Assembly (NCBI GenBank): GCA_963818645.1
Contig: CAWFTF010000018.1
Span: 69,499-133,498, forward strand
From: an uncultured Acidobacteriota bacterium
GTDB taxonomy: Bacteria; Acidobacteriota; Vicinamibacteria; Vicinamibacterales; UBA2999
Direction: 5' to 3'
Length of the DNA stretch: 64,000 nucleotides
Both the position numbers and the translations under genes were made by a program. Below the pieces are notes generated by a model. It was not told the origin of the DNA. It saw only the letters and a list, made by a program, of their open reading frames with translations, and did not search any database. Position 1 is the first letter of the stretch. The number at the start of each line of letters is the position of its first letter. Shown one piece after another: positions 31,693 through 41,742 of the stretch.

Positions 31693-34248
31693 CTACTCCG
31701 CGCGGAGCGTCGAGAGCGGCTTGTGCCGCAGAACGTCGAGACTCGCGATGACACCAATGGCGGCGACGGCAATTGCGGTCACAACGATTCCGCCGATCGT
31801 GAGCAGCGGTGCCGGCTCCCATGGCAGATCCAGACCGTACCGGGCTACTGCCCAACTGAGAACGACGGCCCCGGCGGCCCCGACGGTGCCGGCAATCGCG
31901 CCAAGCACGCCGTATTCGAGCAGGAGCATCGTCGCAATCAGCCGGCTGCTTGCGCCAAGCGTCTTCAGAATCGCCGCCTCGTAAACGCGCCGGAACTTCG
32001 TCATCGAAACGGCGCCGATCAGAATGAGGCTGCCGCTGAGGAGCACGAGCGCGCCGACAACAGTGACGGCAAGTGTGACGTTGTCGACGATTGTCTTGAT
32101 TGTGTCCAGCACTTCGCGGAGATCGATGACCGAGATGTTCGGATAATCAGCGACGATGAGCCCCTGCAGGCGCGTGCGCGCAGCGGTGTCTCTCCCTCCG
32201 CGAACAGCGGCGATGTAGTTGTGCGGTGCGTTGTCGAACGGACCGGGCCGGAACACGATCATGAACCCGCCCGCCCGAAAGTCGCGAAAATCGACTTCTC
32301 GAAAGCTGGTGACGCGCGCCGATATGACACGGCCAAGCACGTCGAACGTCATCTCGTCGCCGATCTGGATGCTGAAGCGATCGCGCAGGCCCTCTTCGAT
32401 CGAGACTTCAGGCTGGTCGACGGCCGGGGTCGAGTCCCACCACTTCCCGTCAACGAGCTTCTCGTTTGCCTCGAGATTCGATCGGTACGTGATGGTGAAC
32501 TCGCGCGACAGTCCGCCCCGTCCGCGCACGTCCTCGTAGGTCTCGAGATTCACGTCACGCCCTCGAACACCCACGATCCTCGCCCGCAGCACCGGGATGA
32601 GCTTGGGTACGTTTTCGGAGCCGTTCTCGCGATCGATCAGCGCGGTCAGCCCATCGCGTTGACCGGACTGAATGTCCATGAGAAACATGTCCGGCGCATC
32701 GTCAGCAACCTGCACGGAGAAGTCCTGCAGCAGATTTACCTGCAGCGCCCTGACTCCGAGGATGAAGAACGTCCCGAGACCGACCGCCAGCAGAATAATT
32801 CGCGTCTGGTTGCCGGGACGAGCTACGTGCAGCACGGCCTGACGCAAGGCGAACGAGCGGGAGAAGCGAAGCGGCTGCACTGCGCGGATCAACACGACGC
32901 CCGCCAGGTGCAGCACGAAGGTGAGCGCAACGAACCCCGCTGAGAGAAGCAGACCAACCTGCAGCGATCCCGCCTGCCACGCCGCCACTCCGACCAGCGC
33001 CGCGCCAACCGAGACGGCAACAGTCCACTTCACCCAATCGAACTGCGGCAGTACGGGGACATCCTGCCGTAACAGCAGCGATGGCTTGACGTTCCGCACT
33101 TCGAGCAACGGGACGACCGAGAACAGCAGTGACACCAGCACGCCCACGGCCAGGCCCTGGAGCACCGCTCCCATCGTCAGGCCGTAGTCGACTTGCAGCA
33201 ATGCCGCGAGATTGCCCACGAAGACCGGCAGCAGTTGCAACACGAGAGCCGCAATCGCGACTCCGAGCGCGCTCCCGGCGAGCCCCAGCAACACGATCTG
33301 CGTGAGATAGATCGCGAGCACCTGGCGCGATGAACTCCCCACGCACTTCAGAATCGCGATGCTTCTGACCTTCTGCTGCACGAACACACGCGTGACGCTC
33401 GAGACGCCGATGCCGCCAAGGATGAGAACCACGAGCCCCACGAGACTGAGGTAGTTCTCAGCTCTCGAAAGGTTCTGATTCATCCGTCCCTCGTTCTGAC
33501 GATACGAACGCACACCGATGAAGTCGTTGACGAACGCCTTCGACAACTCGGCGGCCAGCGTGAGGCTTGGATCTCTCCGCCCTGGCAGTGGTGGAGGGCT
33601 CGGGACCTGCAGCAGCAACTGATGCGAGGCACGGCTGCCAAACGAGAGCAAACCGGTCGACGGCAGATCCGCAAAGTCGATGAAGACGCGCGAGCCCAGC
33701 GAAAACGCGCCCAGATTGCGACCGGGTTCGCTCTGGATCACGCCGCGAATGTGAAACGCCTGCGTCCCGATGAGAAGGTCGTCCCCCTCGCGCAGATTGA
33801 GCTGCGCAAGCAGTTCGGGGCGAACGAGGACGCCATGGTCGCGCAACAGTTCGTGCGAGTACGCCTTCCCCTGCAGCGTCATCGTTCCGTACAGCGGGAA
33901 TGTCGATTCCACCGCGCGGAGTTCGACCATGCGAGTCGTCGGGATGGCAGTCGGTCTCACCATCGTGACGAGCTCGACCGCCTCAGACACGATTGACACA
34001 CGTCCACTCGTCCGTTCGCGCTCCACCGCAGCGCGAATCCCGTCTCCAAGTGGCCGATCGCTCCGGACGACGACGTCCGCGCCGGTCATGGCTCGCGCTT
34101 CGCGCGTCAGCCCCTGACGCACGCTCTGAATTACTGATCGAATGGCGACGATGGACGCCACGCCGACGGCGATGCAGATAAAGAAGAACAAGAGGCGCTG
34201 CCAGGACGCCCTGATCTCTCGCAACGCCATCCGGATGACGAAGCTCAT
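31693..34248 (-). CDS. ABC transporter permease with two FtsX-type domains (YbbP-like)
   Basis: 851 aa with two blocks of four TMs, each preceded by a large extracytoplasmic domain. It overlaps the ATPase stop by 4 nt. Confidence 0.85.
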   Translation of the reverse strand: MSFVIRMALREIRASWQRLLFFFICIAVGVASIVAIRSVIQSVRQGLTREARAMTGADVVVRSDRPLGDGIRAAVERERTSGRVSIVSEAVELVTMVRPTAIPTTRMVELRAVESTFPLYGTMTLQGKAYSHELLRDHGVLVRPELLAQLNLREGDDLLIGTQAFHIRGVIQSEPGRNLGAFSLGSRVFIDFADLPSTGLLSFGSRASHQLLLQVPSPPPLPGRRDPSLTLAAELSKAFVNDFIGVRSYRQNEGRMNQNLSRAENYLSLVGLVVLILGGIGVSSVTRVFVQQKVRSIAILKCVGSSSRQVLAIYLTQIVLLGLAGSALGVAIAALVLQLLPVFVGNLAALLQVDYGLTMGAVLQGLAVGVLVSLLFSVVPLLEVRNVKPSLLLRQDVPVLPQFDWVKWTVAVSVGAALVGVAAWQAGSLQVGLLLSAGFVALTFVLHLAGVVLIRAVQPLRFSRSFALRQAVLHVARPGNQTRIILLAVGLGTFFILGVRALQVNLLQDFSVQVADDAPDMFLMDIQSGQRDGLTALIDRENGSENVPKLIPVLRARIVGVRGRDVNLETYEDVRGRGGLSREFTITYRSNLEANEKLVDGKWWDSTPAVDQPEVSIEEGLRDRFSIQIGDEMTFDVLGRVISARVTSFREVDFRDFRAGGFMIVFRPGPFDNAPHNYIAAVRGGRDTAARTRLQGLIVADYPNISVIDLREVLDTIKTIVDNVTLAVTVVGALVLLSGSLILIGAVSMTKFRRVYEAAILKTLGASSRLIATMLLLEYGVLGAIAGTVGAAGAVVLSWAVARYGLDLPWEPAPLLTIGGIVVTAIAVAAIGVIASLDVLRHKPLSTLRAE

Positions 34249-34958
34249 CGCGCCGGCTCTCCGCTTACGACCGGTACGATGCGGGCGGGCGCTTCACTCT
34301 GCGGCACTGGACGCCCATCGCGCAGGACGAGCCGGCTATCAGCCAGGGAGGCAAGCTCGGCGTCGTGCGTGACGAGCACGAGCGTTGACGTTCGCGTGCG
34401 TCTGACGTTGAGCAGCAGTTCCATGATGTGCCGACCGGTCGTCGAGTCGAGATTGCCTGTCGGCTCGTCGGCCAGAACGATCGGCGGATCGTTCGCAAGG
34501 GCGCGAGCGATCGCAATTCGCTGCTGCTCTCCTCCTGACAACTGCGATGGATAGTGATGCGCGCGATCGGACAGCCCAACCTCATCGACAAGCTGCTTGG
34601 CACGCGTGTTCGCATCGCGTCGGCCGGCAATCTCCATCGGAATCAGCACGTTCTCGAATGCCGTGAGTGACGGCACCAGGTGGAAGAACTGAAAGACGAA
34701 ACCGATTTTCTCGCCGCGCAATCGCGCGAGCCCGTCCTCTGTCAGCTTCGTGATGTCCACGCCATCGATGACGATCTGTCCCGTCGTCGGCGCATCGAGC
34801 CCGGCGAGCAGACCGAGCAGCGTGGACTTGCCGCTACCTGAGGGTCCGACGATCGCGACGAACTGCCCGGACTGAATCGTGTAGTCGAGCGGATGCAGGA
34901 TCGTGAGAGGATGATCACCGCTCCGAACGGTTTTGGAGACGTTCCTGAGTTCGATCAT
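34245..34958 (-). CDS. ABC transporter ATP-binding protein (YbbA/LolD-like)
   Basis: Walker A GPSGSGKST, signature LSGGEQQR, Walker B VLADEPT. Start set to ATG 34958 (MIELRNVSK). Confidence 0.9.
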   Translation of the reverse strand: MIELRNVSKTVRSGDHPLTILHPLDYTIQSGQFVAIVGPSGSGKSTLLGLLAGLDAPTTGQIVIDGVDITKLTEDGLARLRGEKIGFVFQFFHLVPSLTAFENVLIPMEIAGRRDANTRAKQLVDEVGLSDRAHHYPSQLSGGEQQRIAIARALANDPPIVLADEPTGNLDSTTGRHIMELLLNVRRTRTSTLVLVTHDAELASLADSRLVLRDGRPVPQSEAPARIVPVVSGEPAR

Positions 34959-35683
34959 CGCCCAGGGTTCTTTCCCCCGGCGGTCCGCTTCACGAGCAGC
35001 GGCTCGAGGGCCGACCAGATCGTCTTCTCGACGATGCGCGAGCCCTCCGCATTGGGATGCATGCCATCGGCAATGTTCAGGCTCGGGATGCCAGCGACAC
35101 CTTCCAGATAGAAGGGGACGAACGTGACGTGGTGCTCGCGCGCCAGCTCGCGGTAGACACCACGAAACTCGGAGGTGTACGCCGATCCGAAGTTCGGCGG
35201 TGCTTCCATGCCGGTCAGGATCACCTTGATCCCCTTGGCCTGCGCACGCGTGATGACCTCCGCGAGGTTGCGCTTCAACTCCTTCACCGGCAGCCCGCGC
35301 AACCCGTCGTTGGCCCCGAGCTCGAGGACGAGAATCTTCACATCGCCCGCGAGCGACCAATCGAGCCGGCTGAGTCCACTGGCAGACGTGTCACCAGAGA
35401 CACCAGCGTTGACAACTTCGTAGGGATATCCCGCGTCCTGTAGTCGCTTTTGAATGAGCGAGGGCACCGACTCGTCCTTGTCCAGCCCGTACCCGGCCGT
35501 GAGGCTGTCGCCGAGGAATACGATTCGAGGAACGATGGCGTTCGCCGGATTCGTGGTCGAGACGCGCTCGACCGGCGGGGACGCCCGCTCTTCGGGTTCG
35601 CTGGTCCGCGCGGCATCGGGCTGACTGCACGCCGTGCAGACGAGCATCACCGGCACGAGGAGACGAAGAGCCAACCTGTCCAT
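34955..35683 (-). CDS. SGNH/GDSL hydrolase, TesA-like (arylesterase / lysophospholipase L1)
   Basis: Signal peptide or lipobox region, FLGDSLTAGYG, LELGANDGLRG and DGMHPNAEG. Its stop overlaps the ATPase ATG (ATGA). Confidence 0.85.
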   Translation of the reverse strand: MDRLALRLLVPVMLVCTACSQPDAARTSEPEERASPPVERVSTTNPANAIVPRIVFLGDSLTAGYGLDKDESVPSLIQKRLQDAGYPYEVVNAGVSGDTSASGLSRLDWSLAGDVKILVLELGANDGLRGLPVKELKRNLAEVITRAQAKGIKVILTGMEAPPNFGSAYTSEFRGVYRELAREHHVTFVPFYLEGVAGIPSLNIADGMHPNAEGSRIVEKTIWSALEPLLVKRTAGGKNPGR

Positions 35684-35718
35684 GAGTCGCTAAACCATTA
35701 TGTTATAAGTCGAAACTG

Positions 35719-37407
35719 ATGCCGCCACTCTCGCTGCCGTTTACGATCTCGCCTCGCTCGCTCGCCAAGCCCTTCGACGCTGCCTGCGCACGTCTGGATT
35801 CGGCTCAGTTCGCATCATCGCTGTGGTCCCGGCGGCTCGACGTCTGGACCTCAGACCCCGCGGTTCGACAACTCATCGCCAACCGGCTCGGCTGGCTCAC
35901 AGCGCTCGACTTCGTCGCACCGCTCGTGCCGCGCATGCGTGCGTTCGCGGACTCCGTCACTCAAAGCGGATTCACTGACGTCGTCCTGCTCGGCATGGGC
36001 GGCTCGAGCCTGGCACCCGAGGTCCTGCGGCAGGTGCTTTGCTCTCCCGCTCGCAATCCGCGGTTCCGCGTGCTCGATTCAGTCGATCCCGATGCCGTCC
36101 GCGCGGCGATGGCTCGCGCGAAGAATACGCTGTTCGTTCTCGCCAGCAAATCGGGCTCGACGATCGAGCCGAACGTCATGGCCGAGGAAGCGAAGCGGCG
36201 CGTGATCGCAGAAGGACACGGCGATTGGGCCAAGCGCTTCATCGCCATCACCGATCAGGACACCGCGCTTCACCGTCGTGCGGTATCGGAAGGATTCCGC
36301 GACATCTTCGTGAATCCGTCGGACATCGGCGGACGATATTCGGCGCTCTCCCTCTTCGGGATGGTTCCGGCAGCGCTCATGGGTCTCGATCTCGACGGGT
36401 TGCTCACACGCGCGCGCGTCATGGAGCAGGCGTGTCGAGTCGATCGCGCAAGTGAGAATCCCGGTCTCGCTCTTGGTGCTCTCATGGGAGCCGGTGCGCT
36501 GTCGGGTCGCGACAAGCTGACACTCTGGGTTCCGCCGCAATTGCAATCGCTCGGTCTCTGGGTGGAGCAGCTCGTGGCCGAGAGCACGGGCAAGCACGGC
36601 AAAGGCGTGGTGCCGATCACCGGTGAGCCCACTGACGTCGAGCTCGGTGACGATCGCGTTGTGGTGGGGTTGTCAGTCGGCGCGCAGAAGGCACCCGGAC
36701 TTCACCGTCTCGAGGTCGAGGACGTGCCGCACGCCTCGCTCGAGATGCCCGACCTGGTTTCGATTGGTGCGGAGTTTCTGCGTTGGGAGGTCGCCACCGC
36801 GACTGCTGGCCTCCTCCTCGACATCAATCCGTTCGACGAGCCCAACGTGCAACAGGCCAAGGACGCCACACGAGGGTTGCTCGATCGATACCAGCAACAA
36901 CACCAGCTGCCGTTTCCCGAGGCTCATGGCAGCTCGAGCGGCGCTCGATTGACGCTGACCGAGCCCGCCGTCGAAGCGCTGGGTGGCAGTTCAGCAGACG
37001 CGTTTCTGCAGGTGGCGAAGGCGGGCGACTACGTGGCCCTTCTCGCCTACCTGCCGTCGGACGATTCACAGTGGGAAAACGCGCTGCAGACGTTTCGTCA
37101 GGCGATCGCAACGAGATCTGCCAAAGCAACGTCAGTGGGGTTCGGCCCTCGATATCTCCATTCCACCGGCCAGCTTCACAAAGGTGGCGCGCCGAACGGC
37201 GTGTTCATCATCATCACGGCTGACGCGACAGAGGACCTTGCGATCCCTGAAGCGCCCTATTCGTTTGGCGTGCTGGAGACAGCGCAGGCGCTCGGCGATT
37301 TCCAGTCGCTCGATCGTACCGGACGACGGGGGTTGCTCGTGCGACTGTCAAAGCGAGACGTCGATCAGTTCGAGGGAGTCGCGAAGCAGTTGGTCGAAGC
37401 GCTGTAG
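35719..37407 (+). CDS. pgi: Glucose-6-phosphate isomerase (SIS-type PGI domain, as found in transaldolase/PGI fusions)
   Basis: Contains VVLLGMGGSSLAPEV, FVLASKSGSTIEPN, GGRYSALS and STGQLHKGG. 562 aa. Confidence 0.8.
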   Translation: MPPLSLPFTISPRSLAKPFDAACARLDSAQFASSLWSRRLDVWTSDPAVRQLIANRLGWLTALDFVAPLVPRMRAFADSVTQSGFTDVVLLGMGGSSLAPEVLRQVLCSPARNPRFRVLDSVDPDAVRAAMARAKNTLFVLASKSGSTIEPNVMAEEAKRRVIAEGHGDWAKRFIAITDQDTALHRRAVSEGFRDIFVNPSDIGGRYSALSLFGMVPAALMGLDLDGLLTRARVMEQACRVDRASENPGLALGALMGAGALSGRDKLTLWVPPQLQSLGLWVEQLVAESTGKHGKGVVPITGEPTDVELGDDRVVVGLSVGAQKAPGLHRLEVEDVPHASLEMPDLVSIGAEFLRWEVATATAGLLLDINPFDEPNVQQAKDATRGLLDRYQQQHQLPFPEAHGSSSGARLTLTEPAVEALGGSSADAFLQVAKAGDYVALLAYLPSDDSQWENALQTFRQAIATRSAKATSVGFGPRYLHSTGQLHKGGAPNGVFIIITADATEDLAIPEAPYSFGVLETAQALGDFQSLDRTGRRGLLVRLSKRDVDQFEGVAKQLVEAL

Positions 37408-37425
37408 TGACCGTCCTTGAAAGGA

Positions 37426-38142
37426 CTATCGAGCGACGCGAGCGACAATCGCGGTGACGTTGTCCGTCGCTCCTCGGTTCATCGCCGATCGCACGACGTT
37501 CTGCGCAACGTCTTCGACCGCTTTCTGACTGGCCAACATCGACGCCAGCAGTTCGTGCGGGACGGCGCCATGAACGCCATCGCTGCACAACAGCAGCGCA
37601 TCGCCTGCTGCCAGTGCACACTCTGAAACCGTGGCATCGAGCTCGGGCCGTAGACCGACGACCTTCGTCAGCACGTGACGCATCGGGTGCGTACCGATGT
37701 CCTGCGGCTGCTCTCCCGCACCATCCAGAGTCTCTGCAAGCCAGGAGTCATCGCGCGTGAGTTGCGTCAGGCGTCCGCCGCGCCACAGGTACACGCGACT
37801 GTCACCAACACTGGTGTAAAACGCACGGTCATCGACGACCACGACCGCCACGACCGTCGTCCCCATCCCGGAATGTGCCGGCTGCTCCGCAGCCGCGGTG
37901 AGGATTCGTTCGTTGGCGCTCTGTACCGCGTGTGTCAGCAGAGCCTCACGAGGGATGTCGCCGCTACCCGCGAACACGTCTCGGATCACCTGGACGGCAA
38001 GCGCTGAGGCAACTTCGCCTGCGTTGTGGCCACCCATCCCGTCGGCGACCACCAGGAGGCCGAGGTCAAGATCAACGAGCCAAGAGTCTTCGTTTGTGGA
38101 GCGGCGGCCCTGATGGGTCACGCCATAGGCCGCCAACGGCAT
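37426..38142 (-). CDS. PP2C-family Ser/Thr protein phosphatase
   Basis: Contains HQGRRSTNEDS, VADGMGGHNAGEVAS, LLCSDGV and GATDNVTAIV. Start trimmed to ATG 38142 so that it does not overlap the divergent gene. Confidence 0.85.
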   Translation of the reverse strand: MPLAAYGVTHQGRRSTNEDSWLVDLDLGLLVVADGMGGHNAGEVASALAVQVIRDVFAGSGDIPREALLTHAVQSANERILTAAAEQPAHSGMGTTVVAVVVVDDRAFYTSVGDSRVYLWRGGRLTQLTRDDSWLAETLDGAGEQPQDIGTHPMRHVLTKVVGLRPELDATVSECALAAGDALLLCSDGVHGAVPHELLASMLASQKAVEDVAQNVVRSAMNRGATDNVTAIVARVAR

Positions 38143-38172
38143 TGAATCCCAGATTATAAGCCTTCCTTTCGG

Positions 38173-41145
38173 GTGCATACTTCGTATACTCCTGTCGTGG
38201 CCGTTGCACAGCTCTCATCCACCCTGGCGCGCGTAGCCGCGGCCCTGGAACGCGGCCGCGGAAATGAGGTGCCGCCCCTGCTCCAGGGGATGCTGAGGAC
38301 CGGCTCGCTCAGCCGCGACGCCGAGCTGAGCGTCCGGGCCGTGCTGACCGAGGCGTGGCTTCTTCAGGATGATTTGACTCAGGCAGCCTCGGTGCTCGGC
38401 CGTCCGCCGGACACCCTGCGCGAACAGGTTTCAGACGAACGTCTCTCCAATTCCTGGAGGCTTCACGGCCGCATCGCGTTCGCGCGAGGCGAACAGTCTC
38501 GAGCGATCGCTCTACACACGCGGGCGCTCAAACACGCCGAGCTCGCGCACGATACGCGCGCCATCGGTCTTGCGCATTACGAGCTTGCGCTCTGTTACAA
38601 GCAGGTAGGCGATTCCGGCATCGTTCGCGAGCATCTGACAGAGGCTGCCTCCGCACTGCATGCCGTTGGCGATCGTCGCCACCTCGCGCTCGTTCACTCG
38701 CTGTCGGCCGTTCTGCTCGCGCAGGCGGGGCGCAGCGAAGAAGCGATCGCCGCACTCCGCCAGGGCGAACGTCTCGCCATGGCGATTCCCGCCGACGACG
38801 TGCTCGCGGGGATCGTGCACAACCAGGCGAACGTGGCATTGATGCAGCATCGCCACGATCAGGCCCTCGCGCTCGCCGAGCGCAGTGTCGCGCTGCATCA
38901 GTCGCTCGGATCGGGTCACGGCCTCGCCGTCGCACTCGCGACGCTTGGCCAGATCTTCGTTCAGGTCGGCGACCTCGAACGCGCCGAGCAAGTACTCACT
39001 CGCACGCTCGAAGTCAGGAGCACCGTCCAGTTCCACGAGACGACGGGCGCGGTGTTCGACACGCTCGCGCAGATTCATCTGATGCGCGGCTCATACGAAC
39101 GCGCCGAAGAGTATCTGCGGCTCGCAAGCGAGGCGTACGGTGCGTACGGCACTCAGACCATGCGTTGGTACGAGTGGTCGCTGAAAGTACTTGGAGTCAA
39201 GCTGGCCACGCGCCGACAGGCATTCGATGAAGCGGTCAGCATGGCTGACGCGCTCGCGCAGGCTCCGGGCGTCCCGCAGAGCGACCTGATTCAAGCCGAC
39301 CTCGCCGCCTGTGAAGCGCTCATTGGCACCGGACGCCTGCGAGAAGCCGAGAAGCGCCTCGAAGCGTGCGAAGGGCGCCTCGACCCGCGCCGGGCGCCGG
39401 CCAACTGGGGTGAGTATCTTCGGATTCGCGGTCTCATCCGGGAACAGTCGGCCCGCCCGCAGACAGCCCACCACGACTTCGCTCAGAGCGCGAACATCTT
39501 CCAGCTGCTCGGCGAGCGGTATCAGGCGGCCCTGAGCAACCTCGCCCTCGGACGATTGTCGGCAGCAGCGGGGTCGCCATCGGTCGCAGAACGCTATCTG
39601 GAGCAAGCGGTATCGGAGTTCACGCTGCTCGGCGCGCAGCGCGATCTCGCGGAGGTCGAGGCAGTTCGGGAACGCCTGAGCACCGCGCCGGCAAAGACCT
39701 TCACCGCCTCCGTCTCAGACGCCGACGAGGGCATCGTCAGGCGACTGGTAGACGCGGCGATCTTCAAAGAGCTCCTCGCACAGGAGACCGCCGCTGCCCT
39801 CCTGGAAGTCACTGAAGGCGTATCGGTCGTGGTGTTCACCGAAACCGGCGGTGGCGACGTGCGCGTCGTCGCCGCCGCGGGATGCGATACCGGCGTGGCG
39901 ACGAGCCTGGCCCACGCCGGACGACAGGGTCACTCGGAGTACGGCGGCAAGCTGCTGATTGTCGAAGCACTCGGCACCGATCAGGACGGGACGCGGCGCT
40001 GCGCGCTCACGCTGAACGCTCCTCTCGAAGACGCAGCCGCTGGGCGCCTGCGCATGTTCATTGCAATCTCGCGGCAGGGATTCGATCTGTGCGGCGCGCG
40101 GGAACGTCCGAGTCAGGCGGTCGATCAGCACAACGAGCGACCACTCGAACCGCTCCTGCCCGGATTCATCTGCGCCGGTCCGGCAATGAATCGTCTCGCC
40201 GACCAGATCCAGCGGCTTCAGGGTCACACCCTCACCGTGCTGATCACCGGGGAAAGCGGAACGGGCAAAGACCTGGTCGCGCGCGCGATTCATGTCGGCT
40301 CGCCCAGAAGCGCCGCGATGTTCCTCCCCTACAACTGCACGACGACCTCTCGTGAGCTGGCTGACAGCCAATTGTTCGGACATCGCCGCGGCAGCTTCAC
40401 GGGCGCGGTCACCGATCAACAGGGGCTGATTCGCTCTGCTGTCGGAGGCACGCTGTTCCTCGACGAAATCGGCGACCTGCCGCTCGACATCCAGCCGAAA
40501 CTCCTTCGCTTCCTGGAACAGGGCGAAATCATGCCCATCGGGGAAACGCGTCCACAAGCCGTGGACGTCCGAGTGCTCGCTGCGACCAACGCAGACCTCG
40601 AGCAACGGGTGTCTGAGGGTAAATTCCGCGAAGATCTCTATTACCGGCTTAGCGTGATCCGCATCCATGTCCCGCCGTTACGGGAGCGTCGCGAGGAGGT
40701 GCCCCACCTGAGCACGTTTTTCCTCCGGGACGCGTGCGAGCGTCTGGGCAAGCCAGACGTCCATCTCAATTCCCAGACGCTGGACCTGTTCGCCAGGTAT
40801 TGGTGGCCCGGTAACGTCCGTCAATTGAGGAACGAGATTCAGCGGGCCGTGGCTATGAGCTCCCCTGGCGGCAGCATTGAACCAGAACACCTGTCTGCGG
40901 ACTTGTCTGCCCCGGAACGGCGGCAGGGCAATGGCGGGGGACCTTCGCTCGTCCCACCCGATGCGTTAGCGCCGGGCAACCTGGCGGCTGTCGTCGAAAC
41001 CGTCGAGCGTCACCTTATCGCAACCACCCTCGACCGCACCCGAGGCAACATCTCCGAATCAGCGCGAGTGCTTGGTCTGACCAGACGAGGGCTGTATTTG
41101 AAAATGCGCCGTCTCGGTCTCGAAGGCGCAATCGCGGATATCTAG
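38173..41145 (+). CDS. Sigma-54-dependent transcriptional activator with a ~640-aa TPR-like/GAF-like N-terminal region and no receiver domain
   Basis: AAA+ core with [17 protein letters not shown] (a GAFTGA variant), ATNADL and YRLSV.RI.VPPLRER. C-terminal Fis-type HTH ([25 protein letters not shown]). The N-terminus is repetitive and helical (TPR-like). Confidence 0.85.
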   Translation: MHTSYTPVVAVAQLSSTLARVAAALERGRGNEVPPLLQGMLRTGSLSRDAELSVRAVLTEAWLLQDDLTQAASVLGRPPDTLREQVSDERLSNSWRLHGRIAFARGEQSRAIALHTRALKHAELAHDTRAIGLAHYELALCYKQVGDSGIVREHLTEAASALHAVGDRRHLALVHSLSAVLLAQAGRSEEAIAALRQGERLAMAIPADDVLAGIVHNQANVALMQHRHDQALALAERSVALHQSLGSGHGLAVALATLGQIFVQVGDLERAEQVLTRTLEVRSTVQFHETTGAVFDTLAQIHLMRGSYERAEEYLRLASEAYGAYGTQTMRWYEWSLKVLGVKLATRRQAFDEAVSMADALAQAPGVPQSDLIQADLAACEALIGTGRLREAEKRLEACEGRLDPRRAPANWGEYLRIRGLIREQSARPQTAHHDFAQSANIFQLLGERYQAALSNLALGRLSAAAGSPSVAERYLEQAVSEFTLLGAQRDLAEVEAVRERLSTAPAKTFTASVSDADEGIVRRLVDAAIFKELLAQETAAALLEVTEGVSVVVFTETGGGDVRVVAAAGCDTGVATSLAHAGRQGHSEYGGKLLIVEALGTDQDGTRRCALTLNAPLEDAAAGRLRMFIAISRQGFDLCGARERPSQAVDQHNERPLEPLLPGFICAGPAMNRLADQIQRLQGHTLTVLITGESGTGKDLVARAIHVGSPRSAAMFLPYNCTTTSRELADSQLFGHRRGSFTGAVTDQQGLIRSAVGGTLFLDEIGDLPLDIQPKLLRFLEQGEIMPIGETRPQAVDVRVLAATNADLEQRVSEGKFREDLYYRLSVIRIHVPPLRERREEVPHLSTFFLRDACERLGKPDVHLNSQTLDLFARYWWPGNVRQLRNEIQRAVAMSSPGGSIEPEHLSADLSAPERRQGNGGGPSLVPPDALAPGNLAAVVETVERHLIATTLDRTRGNISESARVLGLTRRGLYLKMRRLGLEGAIADI

Positions 41146-41334
41146 TAACCACGTATACACGTCATCTGCATACCTGATATCCATTTTCATCCCGTTGCAC
41201 ATTCCCACGAAATACCAAGTTATATCTTTGTTTTCAGCGACTTAACGCTGTTTATCCCATGTTGATGGACCCCGTAATTTCTCGGGCCTGCACATTGATA
41301 GTAGAGGTTCAAGCAGTCTTCGAGGGGGCCCAAA

Positions 41335-41742
41335 GTGATTCAACAAATCGCAGCGCGACGCGTCTCAGAGAACGGCCAGCCACGTATTGGCAACCGCAAG
41401 AAGGTCAGCGTCCCAGCCAGACTCACATGGCGCGATGCGAGCGACACCCTGCGCTTCGTTTCCGTCGTGATGCGCGACGTCAGCGACGTCGATGCGTTCG
41501 TCGAGTGCCAGGTACCGGCCTCGATTCCGCTCTATCGTCTGGTCCACTTCCAGGTCGAGCGGCCCGTCCGTGACGGCGAACTGCCCGTGGCACTTCAGGA
41601 AGGTAAGGTCCTTTCGGCCATCTACCGCGTGGGCCCGCACAAGACATCAACGGGAACCCCGATGGGTTATGCGCTTCGCCTGCTGGTCGAGCCGAAGTCG
41701 AACACCCAGGCTACTGAGGGCGACCTGGCCGTCGCCAACTAG
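41335..41742 (+). CDS. PilZ-like small protein
   Basis: RIGNR (RxxxR) followed by a beta-rich region with DVSDVD where DxSxxG would be expected. GTG start. It is preceded by a 189-bp AT-rich spacer. Confidence 0.5.
   Translation: MIQQIAARRVSENGQPRIGNRKKVSVPARLTWRDASDTLRFVSVVMRDVSDVDAFVECQVPASIPLYRLVHFQVERPVRDGELPVALQEGKVLSAIYRVGPHKTSTGTPMGYALRLLVEPKSNTQATEGDLAVAN

Noticed and set aside
31663-32943. Plus-strand 426-aa ORF opposite the ABC permease
   Set aside because: It is a shadow ORF. The minus strand encodes a coherent two-FtsX-domain permease.
34959-35360. Upstream extension of the ABC ATPase ORF (34245..35360)
   Set aside because: The extension overlaps the TesA-like gene in another frame. 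A canonical ABC N-terminus starts at ATG 34958, which overlaps the TesA stop.
41146-41334. Sigma-54 promoter expected in the AT-rich spacer between the TPR activator and the PilZ-like gene
   Set aside because: I checked every GG on the plus strand and none has GC at +12. The TTGCA at 41195-41199 lacks an upstream GG. No promoter is claimed.
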